DNA of 55,264 nucleotides from a virus (taxonomy: Duplodnaviria; Caudoviricetes): IMG/VR virus record IMGVR_UViG_3300042546_000342, positions 1 to 55,264 of that record; one strand, 5' to 3'. Made by a program: the position numbers and the translations under genes. The notes under the pieces were generated by a model. It was not told the DNA's origin. It worked only from the letters and a program-made list of their open reading frames with translations, and did no database searches. Positions 9,469 through 19,853 of the stretch are shown in pieces. Every line of letters begins with the position of its first letter. The first letter of the stretch is position 1.

Positions 9469-10521
9469 ATGAGCAAAGTATTACCGATATATCCAATAAC
9501 TTCACTAGGTGGAACATTCACCTTTGAGTTATCTACCTCCGCAGATGGGTTCTATGTGCAACCCGATGCTAGTCCTACGGTACTATCTGCTAACTTGGTA
9601 TTCAACTTTAGTGGAACGCCTAGCGATAGTCAGCAAGTGGATGTGTATTTCTCAAACATTGATTTAAACGGGAATACGTTTACTATAAATGGCGAAACTA
9701 TAAGCGAAGCAAATGCGTTAAACGGTGCTTTATATAGCTTCTTGTTTATAGACGGTGCTTGGGGGTTATCTGTAACTCAAAACATTTCTTTGCCTAATAT
9801 ATTAGATGGCGATATTCTAATTGACGGCTCAACTCCGATTACTAAACTCGAACCATTGACTTCGGGGCGCATTATAGTCGGTAGTGGCTCAAACGTACCA
9901 ACCGCAGTAGCAGTAACGGGTGACGTTACTATTAGCAACGCAGGGGTAACAGCAATTTCTTCGGGAGTAATTGTTAATGCAGACGTAAACGCAAGTGCCG
10001 CTATTGACAGAAGCAAACTAGCAAACGGAACAGCAAGTCACGTTTTAATTAATAGTGGTGCAGGTGCATTTTCAAGCGAGGCAACCCTTTCGCCCGTGCG
10101 TGGTGGGTTAGGACTAGACGCAAGTGCCGCAACGGGATTTGTAAAAGTGAGTAGCGGTGTAACTTCAATAAGTTCGATTACCGAAACATTGATTGTACCT
10201 GTTAGCTTTGAAACGGGAGAAGTAGGAACTATCTTTGTTGACTTCCCTTACGCTTGTACTATTTCATCGTATCAATTTGTTTGCACAAAAGCGTTAGCGG
10301 GAACAGATGCAGGCACAATTCAATTTGCTGATAATAGTGGAACAAACATGACGGGAGGATTAGCTTCTATCCCCGCTTCAACAGCATTTGGGACTAGAGT
10401 TGGTGCGACAATTACGTCAGGAGGTAGCGTGGCAATAAATGACGACATAAGAATTACCACCGCCAAGACAACGGCAGGGGGCAGAGGGTTTGTTTCAATA
10501 ACTTATACTAGAGTAGGATAA
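9469..10521 (+). CDS. Putative tail or head fibre protein
   Basis: G/S/T/A-rich with VTGDVTISNAGVTAI, ADVNASAAIDRSKL and PVRGGLG fibre-like motifs. Confidence 0.65.
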   Translation: MSKVLPIYPITSLGGTFTFELSTSADGFYVQPDASPTVLSANLVFNFSGTPSDSQQVDVYFSNIDLNGNTFTINGETISEANALNGALYSFLFIDGAWGLSVTQNISLPNILDGDILIDGSTPITKLEPLTSGRIIVGSGSNVPTAVAVTGDVTISNAGVTAISSGVIVNADVNASAAIDRSKLANGTASHVLINSGAGAFSSEATLSPVRGGLGLDASAATGFVKVSSGVTSISSITETLIVPVSFETGEVGTIFVDFPYACTISSYQFVCTKALAGTDAGTIQFADNSGTNMTGGLASIPASTAFGTRVGATITSGGSVAINDDIRITTAKTTAGGRGFVSITYTRVG

Positions 10522-11225
10522 TGAATGTAAATGATGTTTATTTGTTAATTTCCTTCCTAAGCGACAAAAGCCAATCTAGGCAGATTAGTTCGGATGAGTT
10601 CAATATCGCTATGTCTAGTGCTAACTTAGAACTGTTTAAGACAAAAGTAGGCATACCCGAAGAATACCAAGTAGGACAAGCAAAGTCTAGGCAAGAGTGG
10701 CAAGTAACGACTAAAATATCGGATGATATGCGTAAGTTTGTTACCGAAGTGGAGATTAATAAAGTAGGTGGTGTGTTTCCTTACCCAACTGATTACGGTG
10801 CGTTCAGTTCATTAAGATATTCAAGAATATTGAACAACGGTTGCGATACGCCCGATGTGAGAACAAGAACAATTGAATTAGTAACAGACGGTGAGTTGTC
10901 CGATAGATTAGACAACACGGTGGTGTACCCCGACTTCGAGTACCCCGTAGGTGCGTGGTACTCGGCAGGGTGGAAAGTGTTTCCAAAAATAATCGAGAAG
11001 ATTGATTTGACTTATCTTCGCATACCCGTAACGCCCGTTAGAGGATACATACTAGACCCTGCAACGGACTTAACAACATACGACCCATTGACAAGTGTTC
11101 AAATAGAATACCCCGAAACGCTACACATTGACTTCACTTATCGTGTGCTAAAATATTTAGCAATTAACATTCGAGAGGAGCTACTATACGAGATGGCTAA
11201 TCAGCGTCAGATAGCAGGTCAATAG
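10521..11225 (+). CDS. Tail tubular/ring protein (P22 gp4-like)
   Basis: 234 aa with FN...A, PTDY, LTYLRIP and EYPETLH motifs, directly before the muzzle-like gene. Confidence 0.7.
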   Translation: MNVNDVYLLISFLSDKSQSRQISSDEFNIAMSSANLELFKTKVGIPEEYQVGQAKSRQEWQVTTKISDDMRKFVTEVEINKVGGVFPYPTDYGAFSSLRYSRILNNGCDTPDVRTRTIELVTDGELSDRLDNTVVYPDFEYPVGAWYSAGWKVFPKIIEKIDLTYLRIPVTPVRGYILDPATDLTTYDPLTSVQIEYPETLHIDFTYRVLKYLAINIREELLYEMANQRQIAGQ

Positions 11226-11262
11226 ATAAAACAAACTACACCTAATTTGTTATCTTTGCAAT

Positions 11263-14200
11263 ATGCAAGAAAAATTAATCAACGATTTAGTTGGGGGCAT
11301 GGATTTAGACCAATCCGATGTGCGTGTGGCGAGTACCGATTGGAGAACCGCCTTGAACATTGTGAGTGGCGTGGCGTACACGGGTCAACAGAATGTGATT
11401 ACTTCTGTTAAGGGTAACACACTTGAGCCTTACACATTACCGACCAATAGCACAAAAGTAGTTGGAGCGTATGCGGACATTCAAGAAAATACTGTTATTT
11501 ATTTTTTGCACGATTTAACGGGTAGTGGCAAAGACCAAATACTAAGATACGACAAAGACGCATCAAATAAAATTAGTTTGATTGTGGAATACGATTTTGG
11601 TTGGAACGCAGACACCGAGATTAAAGGGGTTACATTGCAGAGCAATAGGTTGCTGTATTGGAACGACCCCAAACCTAGAAAGATAAACATTGAGAAAGCA
11701 CCGATAGCGAACAAGAAAAAAGAGTGGGAAATAGTAATAGCGAAATCCGTAACGGGCGATGACCTTGTGGATTTCAATGTGTACTCGATGAACGGCACGT
11801 TGCTCACCACTAAGCTATTTTTCTTAGACAATGAAGGTGTCGGGGCGAAATTAGAACAACTAGCTGACTTCATCAACGCAGAACTAAGTCAATACTTTGA
11901 AGCCGAATATTGCGACTGCAAGATTACTTTAACCGAGAAGCAAGTAAACCTAGTCTATCCGACTATTGATAACTTTCCTTACTACTTTATTGTACCGACT
12001 AATTGGTACGGCAACGTGCTGACGGATAGAATATTTGACAGAGCGAAATGGCAACCGCCATTAGAGCCATTGGTTGAATTTGCGAAAGACCCAAGTATAT
12101 TGTACAATCGAGTATCGGAAAAGGTGTTTCAATTCCGATTGCAATATTGGTATGACGACAACGAAGGAAGCGACCTCGCACTAGGGTCAATTAGTACCAT
12201 TCCTATTAACAATATGCTGTGCGGTTCGGGAGTGAACGATGCGTATAATTGTATTCAGTTGACCATACCCGATACCTCTTTAGTAACACCTAGTTCAATG
12301 TCCATTATCAAACAAGTACGGATATTGGTGCGTGAGGGCAACGAGGGGATATGGAGAATAGTTGAAAATCTCGACTACTGCCAATGGGTAGATTTAGTTG
12401 ACGGAAATATTACGGCTACCTACACATTCTACAACGACATAGCCACAACTGCTATTGATGATGCAACGGTTAATAAGCCTTACGATGACGTTCCGCTAGA
12501 GTGCGGTGATGGTTTGGTGATTAAAAACCGTGCGGTGCTATCAAATGTCACAAAGGGGTACGACACGCCCGACTGCTTGGAGGTAACGGTTGAACAAGAT
12601 TTTGAGGAAGTAGCTAATTTTGGGTATGACATAACTTTAAATATAAGTATATACTCTCCATATTTGGATTTGAACACACCATCAAATTGGTCTAAGTTTG
12701 GGGAAGCACCTAAATCACTACTTAAAAGAGGATTAGTTGCTATTGATACAACAAGAGAAAATCCCGAAATATACTATGGAGGGCAACAATTAAATGTAGG
12801 TCAGGGTTCATTTCACGTTAGGGCAGGTATGGAAGATGTGTATGACCAAAGATTAGGCGAAGGAGGTTTTGTTGCTTATTTGGCAGGAACGGAAAGATTT
12901 GCAATATCTCAACAACCTACTACAATAAATGGCGTTCCTCATAATCTTCCAACAGCGCAAAGCGGAGCGATAGTAACAACATTATCTACACAAACTCAAA
13001 TAGGTCAATTCTTATTGGCAGGAACGGGGGGGAATACTCCATTTGGATATAATGAAATATCAAGTTCGGTTACTTTTAAAAATGTTCCTAATGGTACATA
13101 TTTAATAAGACTTGCCTCAAATTGGTGTTCTTATGGCGATAAGTTAGACAAAGGGCAAATATATGACTTGTATAATGGTACTGCATATCAGAAAACATCT
13201 ATGCCTTTGCTTGGCGTAATACCGTTTGATACTACATCAAATTCATTTAAGCCTTTTCAGCCATACAAAGAATTGAAAGTAACGGTAAATAATGGCAACG
13301 TATATGCAGGCGAAATAGTAGTTTGTGATTTAGCTGACAGATACGATGGTTTATCAAAAAGTCATGGAGTAGGATATTTATATGACAACGAGGGGGAAAT
13401 AGGCATTGATGAAATTAAATTAGGAGTACCTGTTGAGCAATCCGTTGTTGAAGTATCGGTTGGCGCATGGTTCTCTTTCAATAGCCTTTATTATTTAAAA
13501 CAATCTGTTCCATTAACCCCCGAAGGCAAAATAAGCGATGATGGGAAATCCTATCTTTCCTTAACAGACCATAACGGGTTCTTTTGGTATTGCAGGATAG
13601 ATGGATATGGCGTAGATAGCAATAAAGGAGTTGTTTTAATAAGTGCAGGTGGAACAACATCGAGATTTAGATATTTGACATCTCCATTTTATAGTGGAAG
13701 TATAAATGATTTGTTGTTTGGAAATATAAGTGGAGTTTCAATTCCTTATAGTCCTTACGCAACACAATTCGCTTCCATAGGTGGATATAGTTCAATTTTT
13801 GCAAATAACGACCCTGATAAAGTTGAACAATGGATTGCCCCGACTGCCCTTGCAACATCAAGAGCTGAAAATGCAACATTTATAAAAGGAAGAATTGTTG
13901 AACAAACAACAGGAGAGGGAGTAGTTGGAATTAACGTATGTATGGAATGGGGTCAAACCGTAAAAACAGATGTTAATGGTCAATTTACATTGCGAACTTT
14001 TGGCACTACTTACAAAAATGGATTGTTAGCACCATACCAACAAAGATTTGGCGACTTAGTCTTTATGTCAAATTTTTGCGGAATAGAATATGTGAATGGA
14101 TATACTCTTTATATTGATGTTCAACCAATAGGCGCAAATGCAGGAACAATACCGCCACCATATTCAATAACTGCTATCTATGATATTGGCGATTATTTAG

Positions 14201-16125
14201 CAAATGAAACAAAAGCAACACTTGGAAAAGCCCGAAAACGTGGCGGTTCATACCTATTAGGCGGACGCTTCTACGATGAACACGGAAGATTTTGTTCGGT
14301 GGTACAAGCGTCAGAAGTTTACATACCGTTTATCACAGAAGATTTAAATACTTATTTCCCCGACAAGTACACTGACCCTAACACATACAAATACGGGCGA
14401 CCTACTATCACGGCTACCATTACAACACCACCGCCAAGTTGGGCTAAGTATTTTAGGTTTATGTGGACAAAGAACTTGTATCAAGGCAAGTACCTACAAT
14501 GGTGCGCCAATGAGGTTAAGTACATCACAAGCTACGACAACGACCTAGATACATTCATTGAAACAACTTATCAGAATGGCGATGCCACAATGATAATGAT
14601 TAACATAAGCAACATAGCTACATACGCTAGGCAAAATAACAGCAGTCAAGTGGGTTATGCGTATGAAGATGGCGACAGACTAAGACTGATAGCTGACAGA
14701 GATATTAACTACTTCAACGGACTATTCGACACCGAAGTATTGAGTTATAGAACGGGCGGGTGGTTACTCATTCAAAACAGAGTAAGCCTAAGCGAGATTA
14801 AGTCGGGAACATTCTTCGAGGTGTACAACAACCGCCCCGTAACAGAGGATAAGTTGTTCTTTGAGTGTGGTCAACCGATTAAGATAATCAACGGTGCGTA
14901 TGAAAACAACACCGTAGTGTTTGATAGTGGCGACACATATTGGAGAGGTCGTTCTATTCCTGTGCTAGATGATACCACTAACTTTTCGGCTATCTACCCA
15001 TTGGTAGTTGAGGACAGAAGTATAAGTGATTTCTTTGCAAGTGAGGACGAGGACATCGGGCGAGTAGGGGTAATAGATGAAACATTCAAGCAAATCCACT
15101 ACCCTACAATGATGCAACACTCTAACATATTTATAGAGGGAAGTGCTGTGAATGGGTTATCAAGTTTTGAAACATCAAACTTCAAGATACTAAACGTAAA
15201 CTTTGGAGCGATAACAAGATTAGTCTATGTCGGTAATACTCTTATATCTGTTCACACGAACAAAGTTGTGGCTAATTATATCGAACTACGTTCACTCTCG
15301 GACGCAAACCAAACGGACGGGTTATTGGCAATCTCTGATGCGTACTTTGGGAACGATAGACCTATGCAGTCCGAATACGGGTCGGACAAATACAATTCCA
15401 TTGCGTCATATCAAGGGTTCGTGTACGGACTTGACACCGCCAAAGGGGTAGTATGGAGATACGATAACAACGGTATTGATGCGATTAGTGATAAGTTAGT
15501 AAGGTCTTATATTCGTCAGTTGTGCGCTGACGGGGTAAGTCGGGCGGTAGGGGTATTTGACCCTTACTTTAGAATGTACTTCTTGACCACTACTAATTCT
15601 GATGGTGAAAAATCCACGATAGGATGGGACGAGGACAAGAACAGATGGTCGAGTTTCTATTCATTCACCCCCGAAATGTACTCATACATTCAACGTGATT
15701 TAGTGAGTTTCAAAGACGGACAACTTTGGCTTCACAATACCAACACTCTGTACAACAATTTCTACGGAGTGCAGTACAGAAGCGAGATTACACCGATAGT
15801 CTGCAAGATTGGCGACAAGCAAACATTCCACGCTATATCATTCTATGGAATACAAGGCGACCCACTAAAGAGCGAATGGGAGATTGAGCAAATCACCAAT
15901 AGATACGGTCAGCAGTCGAGGCTTAAAAAAGCTCACTTTAGATTGAAGGAGAACCTTTGGGCGGCTTCGTTCCTACGGGACACTACCGACACTACGGTTA
16001 CTAACCCGATAGTCAACGGGCGCAATCTAAGGGGAGAAGAATTAGTATTAAAGTTTGTTAATTCTAGCCCACTATTTGCGTCAATTCAAACAATATTCAC
16101 TACTATTGTGAAGTCGTTTAGATAA
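11263..16125 (+). CDS. Tail stabilisation/muzzle protein (P22 gp10-like)
   Basis: 1620 aa. N-terminal GGMDLD...ALN...KGN, LYWND..PRKINI; C-terminal WSSFYSFTPE...SFKDGQLW.H...NNFYG. Confidence 0.85.
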   Translation: MQEKLINDLVGGMDLDQSDVRVASTDWRTALNIVSGVAYTGQQNVITSVKGNTLEPYTLPTNSTKVVGAYADIQENTVIYFLHDLTGSGKDQILRYDKDASNKISLIVEYDFGWNADTEIKGVTLQSNRLLYWNDPKPRKINIEKAPIANKKKEWEIVIAKSVTGDDLVDFNVYSMNGTLLTTKLFFLDNEGVGAKLEQLADFINAELSQYFEAEYCDCKITLTEKQVNLVYPTIDNFPYYFIVPTNWYGNVLTDRIFDRAKWQPPLEPLVEFAKDPSILYNRVSEKVFQFRLQYWYDDNEGSDLALGSISTIPINNMLCGSGVNDAYNCIQLTIPDTSLVTPSSMSIIKQVRILVREGNEGIWRIVENLDYCQWVDLVDGNITATYTFYNDIATTAIDDATVNKPYDDVPLECGDGLVIKNRAVLSNVTKGYDTPDCLEVTVEQDFEEVANFGYDITLNISIYSPYLDLNTPSNWSKFGEAPKSLLKRGLVAIDTTRENPEIYYGGQQLNVGQGSFHVRAGMEDVYDQRLGEGGFVAYLAGTERFAISQQPTTINGVPHNLPTAQSGAIVTTLSTQTQIGQFLLAGTGGNTPFGYNEISSSVTFKNVPNGTYLIRLASNWCSYGDKLDKGQIYDLYNGTAYQKTSMPLLGVIPFDTTSNSFKPFQPYKELKVTVNNGNVYAGEIVVCDLADRYDGLSKSHGVGYLYDNEGEIGIDEIKLGVPVEQSVVEVSVGAWFSFNSLYYLKQSVPLTPEGKISDDGKSYLSLTDHNGFFWYCRIDGYGVDSNKGVVLISAGGTTSRFRYLTSPFYSGSINDLLFGNISGVSIPYSPYATQFASIGGYSSIFANNDPDKVEQWIAPTALATSRAENATFIKGRIVEQTTGEGVVGINVCMEWGQTVKTDVNGQFTLRTFGTTYKNGLLAPYQQRFGDLVFMSNFCGIEYVNGYTLYIDVQPIGANAGTIPPPYSITAIYDIGDYLANETKATLGKARKRGGSYLLGGRFYDEHGRFCSVVQASEVYIPFITEDLNTYFPDKYTDPNTYKYGRPTITATITTPPPSWAKYFRFMWTKNLYQGKYLQWCANEVKYITSYDNDLDTFIETTYQNGDATMIMINISNIATYARQNNSSQVGYAYEDGDRLRLIADRDINYFNGLFDTEVLSYRTGGWLLIQNRVSLSEIKSGTFFEVYNNRPVTEDKLFFECGQPIKIINGAYENNTVVFDSGDTYWRGRSIPVLDDTTNFSAIYPLVVEDRSISDFFASEDEDIGRVGVIDETFKQIHYPTMMQHSNIFIEGSAVNGLSSFETSNFKILNVNFGAITRLVYVGNTLISVHTNKVVANYIELRSLSDANQTDGLLAISDAYFGNDRPMQSEYGSDKYNSIASYQGFVYGLDTAKGVVWRYDNNGIDAISDKLVRSYIRQLCADGVSRAVGVFDPYFRMYFLTTTNSDGEKSTIGWDEDKNRWSSFYSFTPEMYSYIQRDLVSFKDGQLWLHNTNTLYNNFYGVQYRSEITPIVCKIGDKQTFHAISFYGIQGDPLKSEWEIEQITNRYGQQSRLKKAHFRLKENLWAASFLRDTTDTTVTNPIVNGRNLRGEELVLKFVNSSPLFASIQTIFTTIVKSFR

Positions 16126-16167
16126 TTTTATTACATTTGCTTATACAAAACATTAAAATAAAAAATT

Positions 16168-16326
16168 ATGAAAGAAATGATAAAACGAAAAGACGGTAGT
16201 GTATCTCAAAGAGGTCTTTATGACAACATTAGAGAAAAGGCTAAACAAAATATTAAGACAGGAGCAAAGCCTAACAAGCCTACAAAAGAAATGAAAAAGC
16301 AAGAAAAAAAAATTAAATCAAAATAA
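16168..16326 (+). CDS. Small basic protein (52 aa), absent from ORF track
   Basis: MKEMIKRKDGSVSQRGLYDNIREKAK...; preceded by TACATTTG (16132-16139) and an A-rich leader; stop 2 nt before the next ATG. Confidence 0.7.
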   Translation: MKEMIKRKDGSVSQRGLYDNIREKAKQNIKTGAKPNKPTKEMKKQEKKIKSK

Positions 16327-16328
16327 CT

Positions 16329-16568
16329 ATGGCTAAAAATGTAAATTTAAGCGTAGGCAGAGGTGAGAAATTACCTGTATCTAAAGGGGCGGGACTAACT
16401 GCTAAAGGTCGTGAAAAATATAATAGAGAAACAGGTTCTAACCTTAAACCACCTGCACCAAAACCTAAGACCGAAGCCGACAAAGCTAGAAAGAAATCTT
16501 TTTGTGCAAGAAGCGAAGGGTGGACAGGAGAAAGAGGCAAAGCGGCTCGCAAAAGATGGGATTGTTAG
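16329..16568 (+). CDS. Small basic phage protein (resembles DUF6321)
   Basis: GLTAKGR.KYN.ETGSNLKPP...RKKSFCAR...RW pattern recalled from aquatic phages. Confidence 0.6.
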   Translation: MAKNVNLSVGRGEKLPVSKGAGLTAKGREKYNRETGSNLKPPAPKPKTEADKARKKSFCARSEGWTGERGKAARKRWDC

Positions 16569-16725
16569 TTATATTGTTTAGCTAAAAAATCTTCTAATAA
16601 ATAAGGCTCAACGCTTCATTGATATGTAATTAGAAATTATGTAAGTTACAATCATATAAAAGAAGCAATATGTATGAAATATAATTCACAAATTATTTAT
16701 TAACTTAAATTATAAAAAATAATGT

Positions 16726-16974
16726 ATGAATACTCCTACAACAGAAAAGCCTAAAAAGCTAGTTAATCTTCGTGCGTATATGTACGAAACCTATCAGCAA
16801 GTAACCAAAGAAGGTGCTAAGTATTTCATCGTGTGGCAAGTAGTTTACGAGGACGGGGTGCTAAAGGGATACGAACTACTTAGGCTATTCAAAGACCAAC
16901 AATTTAAGTTTGTAGAAGCAGAAACTTTTGATAGACTACTTACAAGTGGAGTTATCAGAAAATGGGATGTATAG
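16726..16974 (+). CDS. Hypothetical protein
   Basis: 82 aa ORF with an A-rich leader, on the coding strand. Confidence 0.6.
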   Translation: MNTPTTEKPKKLVNLRAYMYETYQQVTKEGAKYFIVWQVVYEDGVLKGYELLRLFKDQQFKFVEAETFDRLLTSGVIRKWDV

Positions 16975-17012
16975 TCTTTTGTACATAATTTGAAATTAGT
17001 TATATTTGTGGT

Positions 17013-17486
17013 ATGAAAAATCTGTTCCACAATATACTATCAATAGCTCATTTACGCTCAATAGAGGAATTTTTTTTTAACTTAATCATAACTTCATTTT
17101 CATTTATATTAGGGTATAGTCAGTTGATTGTACTAGACAACTCAAATCTATTTATGGGAGTTGTGGTGGTAGTGGTTTCAGATTGGGTCATGGGAACAAT
17201 ACTTGCTTTAAAAAACAAAGTGTGGCACACGAGAAAAGCAATAAAAGTTGTTTATTACATATTTGCATATTCGACTATTTTATTTACGGTGTTGGCGGTA
17301 GAAAAAGCGCATCCATCAGCCTTCTTTTTAAGTGAAACTATAATCATGCCTATTTTGGTGTTTCAGATAATCTCCACATTAAAGAACGCAAGTTTGATAG
17401 GGTTTATCCCGCAAGGGTTGTTGCTGAATATTTTGAACAATATTGATAGCTATAAAAACGCATCAATTAAAAATGAAAACGCATGA
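17013..17486 (+). CDS. Holin
   Basis: Several hydrophobic segments, SDWVMG and STLKNA..IG.IP motifs of holin-4-like families; overlaps the endolysin start. Confidence 0.75.
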   Translation: MKNLFHNILSIAHLRSIEEFFFNLIITSFSFILGYSQLIVLDNSNLFMGVVVVVVSDWVMGTILALKNKVWHTRKAIKVVYYIFAYSTILFTVLAVEKAHPSAFFLSETIIMPILVFQIISTLKNASLIGFIPQGLLLNILNNIDSYKNASIKNENA

Positions 17487-18004
17487 GTGTAAAAAAAGAC
17501 GCATTAACCCTACAAAGGATTGAATTATTACACCCATCAGTAAGGCAAGAAGCCAAAGAGATATACGAAGAAATATGTGAGCGTTTAAATGGTCGAGTGC
17601 TTTGCAGGTTTGCGTTTACACTTCGCACGTTTGCCGAGCAAGATGCCCTATATGCACAAGGTAGAACAAAAGCAGGAGCGATAGTTACAAAGGCTAAAGG
17701 CGGTCAATCATGGCACAATTACGGATTAGCTATTGACATTGTAATGCTTCACGACAAAGACGGCAATGGCACACACGAAACCGCTTCATGGGATAATAAA
17801 ATAGACTTTGACGGTGATGGCGTTGCTGATTGGTTAGAGGTTGTTTATGTATTCAAGTTATTCGGTTGGGAATGGGGCGGTGATTGGGTCAATTTTAAAG
17901 ATACACCACACTTTCAAAAGACTTTCGGTTTAACAATTGCAGAAGCAAAGAAGCGATTTGAAACAAAGCAACTGATTAACGGAACTAACTACATTTGGCT
18001 GTGA
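17483..18004 (+). CDS. Endolysin, M15-family L-Ala-D-Glu peptidase
   Basis: RTFAEQDALYAQGRT, SWHNYGLAID, WGGDW...DTPHFQ. Confidence 0.92.
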   Translation: MSVKKDALTLQRIELLHPSVRQEAKEIYEEICERLNGRVLCRFAFTLRTFAEQDALYAQGRTKAGAIVTKAKGGQSWHNYGLAIDIVMLHDKDGNGTHETASWDNKIDFDGDGVADWLEVVYVFKLFGWEWGGDWVNFKDTPHFQKTFGLTIAEAKKRFETKQLINGTNYIWL

Positions 18005-18107
18005 AAGAATTTAAGCAATACGCATACCTAGTCGCCACGTTTATTATGTTAGTGATTTTAGGTTTGGTATTGTTATCTTTGCAATGTTGCGAAAGCTAAA
18101 TAAAACT

Positions 18108-18473
18108 ATGAAAAGATTTTTAGAACTATATTGGAAGCCTATTGCGATTGTACTTGTGGTATTTTTTGGGTACACGCTAATTATATTATCGGTTGGCAAG
18201 TCAAGAAAGCAAGTTGAACTTGATTTGCTATCCAAGCAGTACGAGATTAAGTTGGCGGAGCAGGAGAAGCGGTTGTCAGCTTTGAAAGTGGAATACAATG
18301 GCGCACAAGAAAAAGTCACAGAAGGGATTTACAAACTTGAAATTTTAACCTACAAATATGATAGTATCACCAATGTACTTAAATCCAAAAAAAGGAAACC
18401 TAGTCGCCCTAATTATGCTAATATCTCTGCTGATAGCCTATCGAAGTTATGGTCAAAGCACGCAAAAAGATAG
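18108..18473 (+). CDS. Putative inner-membrane spanin-like protein
   Basis: N-terminal TM helix then coiled coil, directly after the endolysin. Start could also be 18084. Confidence 0.55.
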   Translation: MKRFLELYWKPIAIVLVVFFGYTLIILSVGKSRKQVELDLLSKQYEIKLAEQEKRLSALKVEYNGAQEKVTEGIYKLEILTYKYDSITNVLKSKKRKPSRPNYANISADSLSKLWSKHAKR

Positions 18474-18822
18474 CACCGTAGTAGCCATTAAGGACATGAT
18501 TACAGTCGTTGAGAAATTGGACGAGTGTGAAGAAATCAAGGACTACAACAAGACGTTAGAGAAAAAAATAGAAATATGTGACGAATTTGTGCGCACGGCA
18601 AAGGTGAGTGTTATTGATATGAACAACTTTATTGCCAAGTCAAACGAAACTATCTTCGCCCAAGACAGCGCGATAATGACGCTCAAGACGCAGAAGAACA
18701 ATATGATGAAGCAGATAAGTTTCCAAAAGGGGCAGACAATTAAAAAGTCTTTAGGGTTTGGAGTAGGTGGATTGCTTGTGGGATTTGGGTTAGGGGTAAT
18801 ATTAGGAATATTTGCAAATTAA
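18358..18822 (+). CDS. Putative second spanin-like/lysis accessory protein
   Basis: Overlaps the previous gene in another frame. Signal-like N-terminus, coiled coil, Gly-rich hydrophobic C-terminus. True start uncertain. Confidence 0.5.
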   Translation: MIVSPMYLNPKKGNLVALIMLISLLIAYRSYGQSTQKDSTVVAIKDMITVVEKLDECEEIKDYNKTLEKKIEICDEFVRTAKVSVIDMNNFIAKSNETIFAQDSAIMTLKTQKNNMMKQISFQKGQTIKKSLGFGVGGLLVGFGLGVILGIFAN

Positions 18823-18882
18823 AATTGTCACAAAAGTTTACTATATTTGCGACATTAATTAACGCCTAAAACTTAGGAAACT

Positions 18883-19389
18883 ATGGCAGCACCATTTATA
18901 GCAACGTCCACCGCAGGTTGGATTGACGTTTTCCCGAACACGCCCGTGCGCTTCGAGGATTTGAACATTGAGAACATTTTACTTGTTCTTGAAAAAACTT
19001 GGATTAACCCCGACACTCAAACTAATTTGGAAGTATTCCAAGTTGAAGTATGCGAGGGCGGAGTGAGCCACTTAAACTTACGCAGAACAACTTACTTGTT
19101 CCCAACCAACGGAGCAACATTAGACCAATTCAAGGCTATCTTGGACGCACAGAGCGCAGGAAATAAGGTAGTGAAGTACACCGATTTGATTGCGATTGGC
19201 AACATTGAGAACACTATCAGCACTCGTGATGTGTTGATTAACGAACACAAGATTATCCGCAAGGTGTATCTACCGAGTGAAGACGTAACCGACATTTATT
19301 GCGATGCGTTTGAACTACAAGCGAAGCAGTTGTTTGTTGATGGCGACCAAACCACAGCAGTAGATTACTACTACGAGTATTACGACTAG
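18883..19389 (+). CDS. Hypothetical protein in its own transcription unit
   Basis: 168 aa, TATATTTG at 18842-18849 and a terminator downstream. Confidence 0.7.
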   Translation: MAAPFIATSTAGWIDVFPNTPVRFEDLNIENILLVLEKTWINPDTQTNLEVFQVEVCEGGVSHLNLRRTTYLFPTNGATLDQFKAILDAQSAGNKVVKYTDLIAIGNIENTISTRDVLINEHKIIRKVYLPSEDVTDIYCDAFELQAKQLFVDGDQTTAVDYYYEYYD

Positions 19390-19409
19390 GCTATTACCTT
19401 TGGACTAAT

Positions 19410-19443
19410 CAACGCCTCGCCTAAAAACGGGGCGTTGTCTTTT
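19410..19443 (+). terminator. Intrinsic terminator
   Basis: CAACGCCTCG-CCTAAAAA-CGGGGCGTTG followed by TCTTTT. Confidence 0.7.
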
Positions 19444-19504
19444 AACATACTTTGTGTTTTATATTTGGGTAACTTGGAGTACATTTGCGGTATAAATAAA
19501 CTAT

Positions 19505-19849
19505 ATGGAATGGATTTCAGTAGAAGATAAATTACCCGAACACGACCAAATGGTTTTAATTTATGCGGGTAATTATAGGCAAAGTAAAAAATACGATGTG
19601 GTAAGATTTGAAAGTGGAATATCGCAAGAAGAACGATTAAAGATGAAAAGTGGGTTATTGGATGATGAAGGCGTAGCAGTGTATTCAAATGGGAAAAGAG
19701 TATTAGCTAAAAGGAGTAGTATGTTTACAGCTTCCGATGAAGAAGGGAATAATACTAAGCCTTATAGTTGGAGTAACCTACCTATGCGATATTTTGGACA
19801 AGATGTAACCCATTGGATGCCATTGCCATCGCCACCCGAAACAATATAG
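19505..19849 (+). CDS. DUF551-like phage protein
   Basis: WISVEDKLP ... VTHWMPLPSPP terminal motifs. Confidence 0.8.
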   Translation: MEWISVEDKLPEHDQMVLIYAGNYRQSKKYDVVRFESGISQEERLKMKSGLLDDEGVAVYSNGKRVLAKRSSMFTASDEEGNNTKPYSWSNLPMRYFGQDVTHWMPLPSPPETI

Positions 19850-19853
19850 AATT

